This document shows positions 13,544 through 13,867 of a DNA stretch of 13,867 nt, one piece after another. The notes below the pieces were generated by a model. The model was not told where the DNA came from and did not search any database. It saw nothing but the letters and a program-made list of their open reading frames with translations. The DNA is from Candidatus Oleincola secundus. Its GTDB lineage: Bacteria > Atribacterota > Phoenicimicrobiia > Phoenicimicrobiales > Stramentimicrobiaceae. The position numbers and the translations under genes are program-made. Position 1 is the first letter of the stretch. The number at the start of each line of letters is the position of its first letter. The stretch covers positions 1-13,867 of the forward strand of contig JAGYLS010000043.1 of assembly GCA_018400815.1 (NCBI GenBank), written 5' to 3'.

Positions 13544-13867
13544 TTATTCTTCCTTCAACGAAACCCCATTCATCTTCTCATAGAACAGGGCCAGTCCGCC
13601 ATGGTCTACCTCTGTGTGACCTTCTGCCATCAGGGTCTGCATCATCTCCATGACCTGGGCAGTCAGTGGCATGGCATTATGTAAGGCCTGGCTGGTAGAT
13701 AGGACATTGGTCAGGTCTTTGACATGTAGCTTCATACGAAAGCCGGGATCATAGTTGGCTGAGAACATCCGGGGAGCCTTGTCGGTAAAACACTGGCTGC
13801 CGGCCAGTCCTCCCTTTATGGCATCAAAGATGCGCTTGGGGTCTACTCCGGCTTTCTTGCCTAAGAG
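13544..13867 (-). CDS. garR: 2-hydroxy-3-oxopropionate (tartronate semialdehyde) reductase-like protein, C-terminal part
   Basis: The frame is open to the window edge: LLGKKAGVDPKRIFDAIKGGLAGSQCFTDKAPRMFSANYDPGFRMKLHVKDL..DHGGLALFYEK. The 74-aa ORF in the track starts at an internal Met. Confidence 0.85.
   Translation of the reverse strand, partial: LLGKKAGVDPKRIFDAIKGGLAGSQCFTDKAPRMFSANYDPGFRMKLHVKDLTNVLSTSQALHNAMPLTAQVMEMMQTLMAEGHTEVDHGGLALFYEKMNGVSLKEE

Noticed and set aside
8486..13684. Plus-strand ORFs 8486-8668, 10132-10560, 11131-11337, 12630-12839 and 13391-13684
   Set aside because: Antisense to real genes or to the pseudogene fragment; no motifs.
1..13867. CRISPR array, tRNA/rRNA, intact transposase, phage or defence genes
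   Set aside because: No regularly spaced direct repeats, structural RNA gene signatures or matching ORFs were seen.

Overview
AT-rich DNA, most likely from an anaerobic bacterium. Every credible gene lies on the minus strand. In transcription order (right to left): (1) a carbon-catabolism block with a partial GarR-like reductase of clearly higher GC, a DapA-family aldolase and an Fe-dependent alcohol dehydrogenase, followed by a 5'-truncated cyclophilin-like gene remnant; (2) a complete lysine riboswitch with antiterminator and terminator controlling an NhaC-family (LysW-like) transporter; (3) an ArcE/arginine-synthetase-like P-loop enzyme followed closely by a tungsten/molybdenum aldehyde:ferredoxin oxidoreductase; (4) a probable decayed IS200-type remnant; (5) a compact metal-cluster-handling gene set of Fur-like regulator, DUF5320 protein, two NifB/NifX proteins, Gly-rich 6-Cys protein, Mrp/ApbC ATPase, small Cys protein and DUF89 phosphatase, followed by a second, partial Fur gene. 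Both Fur genes have a Fur-box-like palindrome exactly 3 bp downstream of a predicted -10. The best candidate for an under-described system is block 5, including two small proteins that share an 18-residue N-terminal motif. All family assignments come from motif recognition by eye, not database searches.
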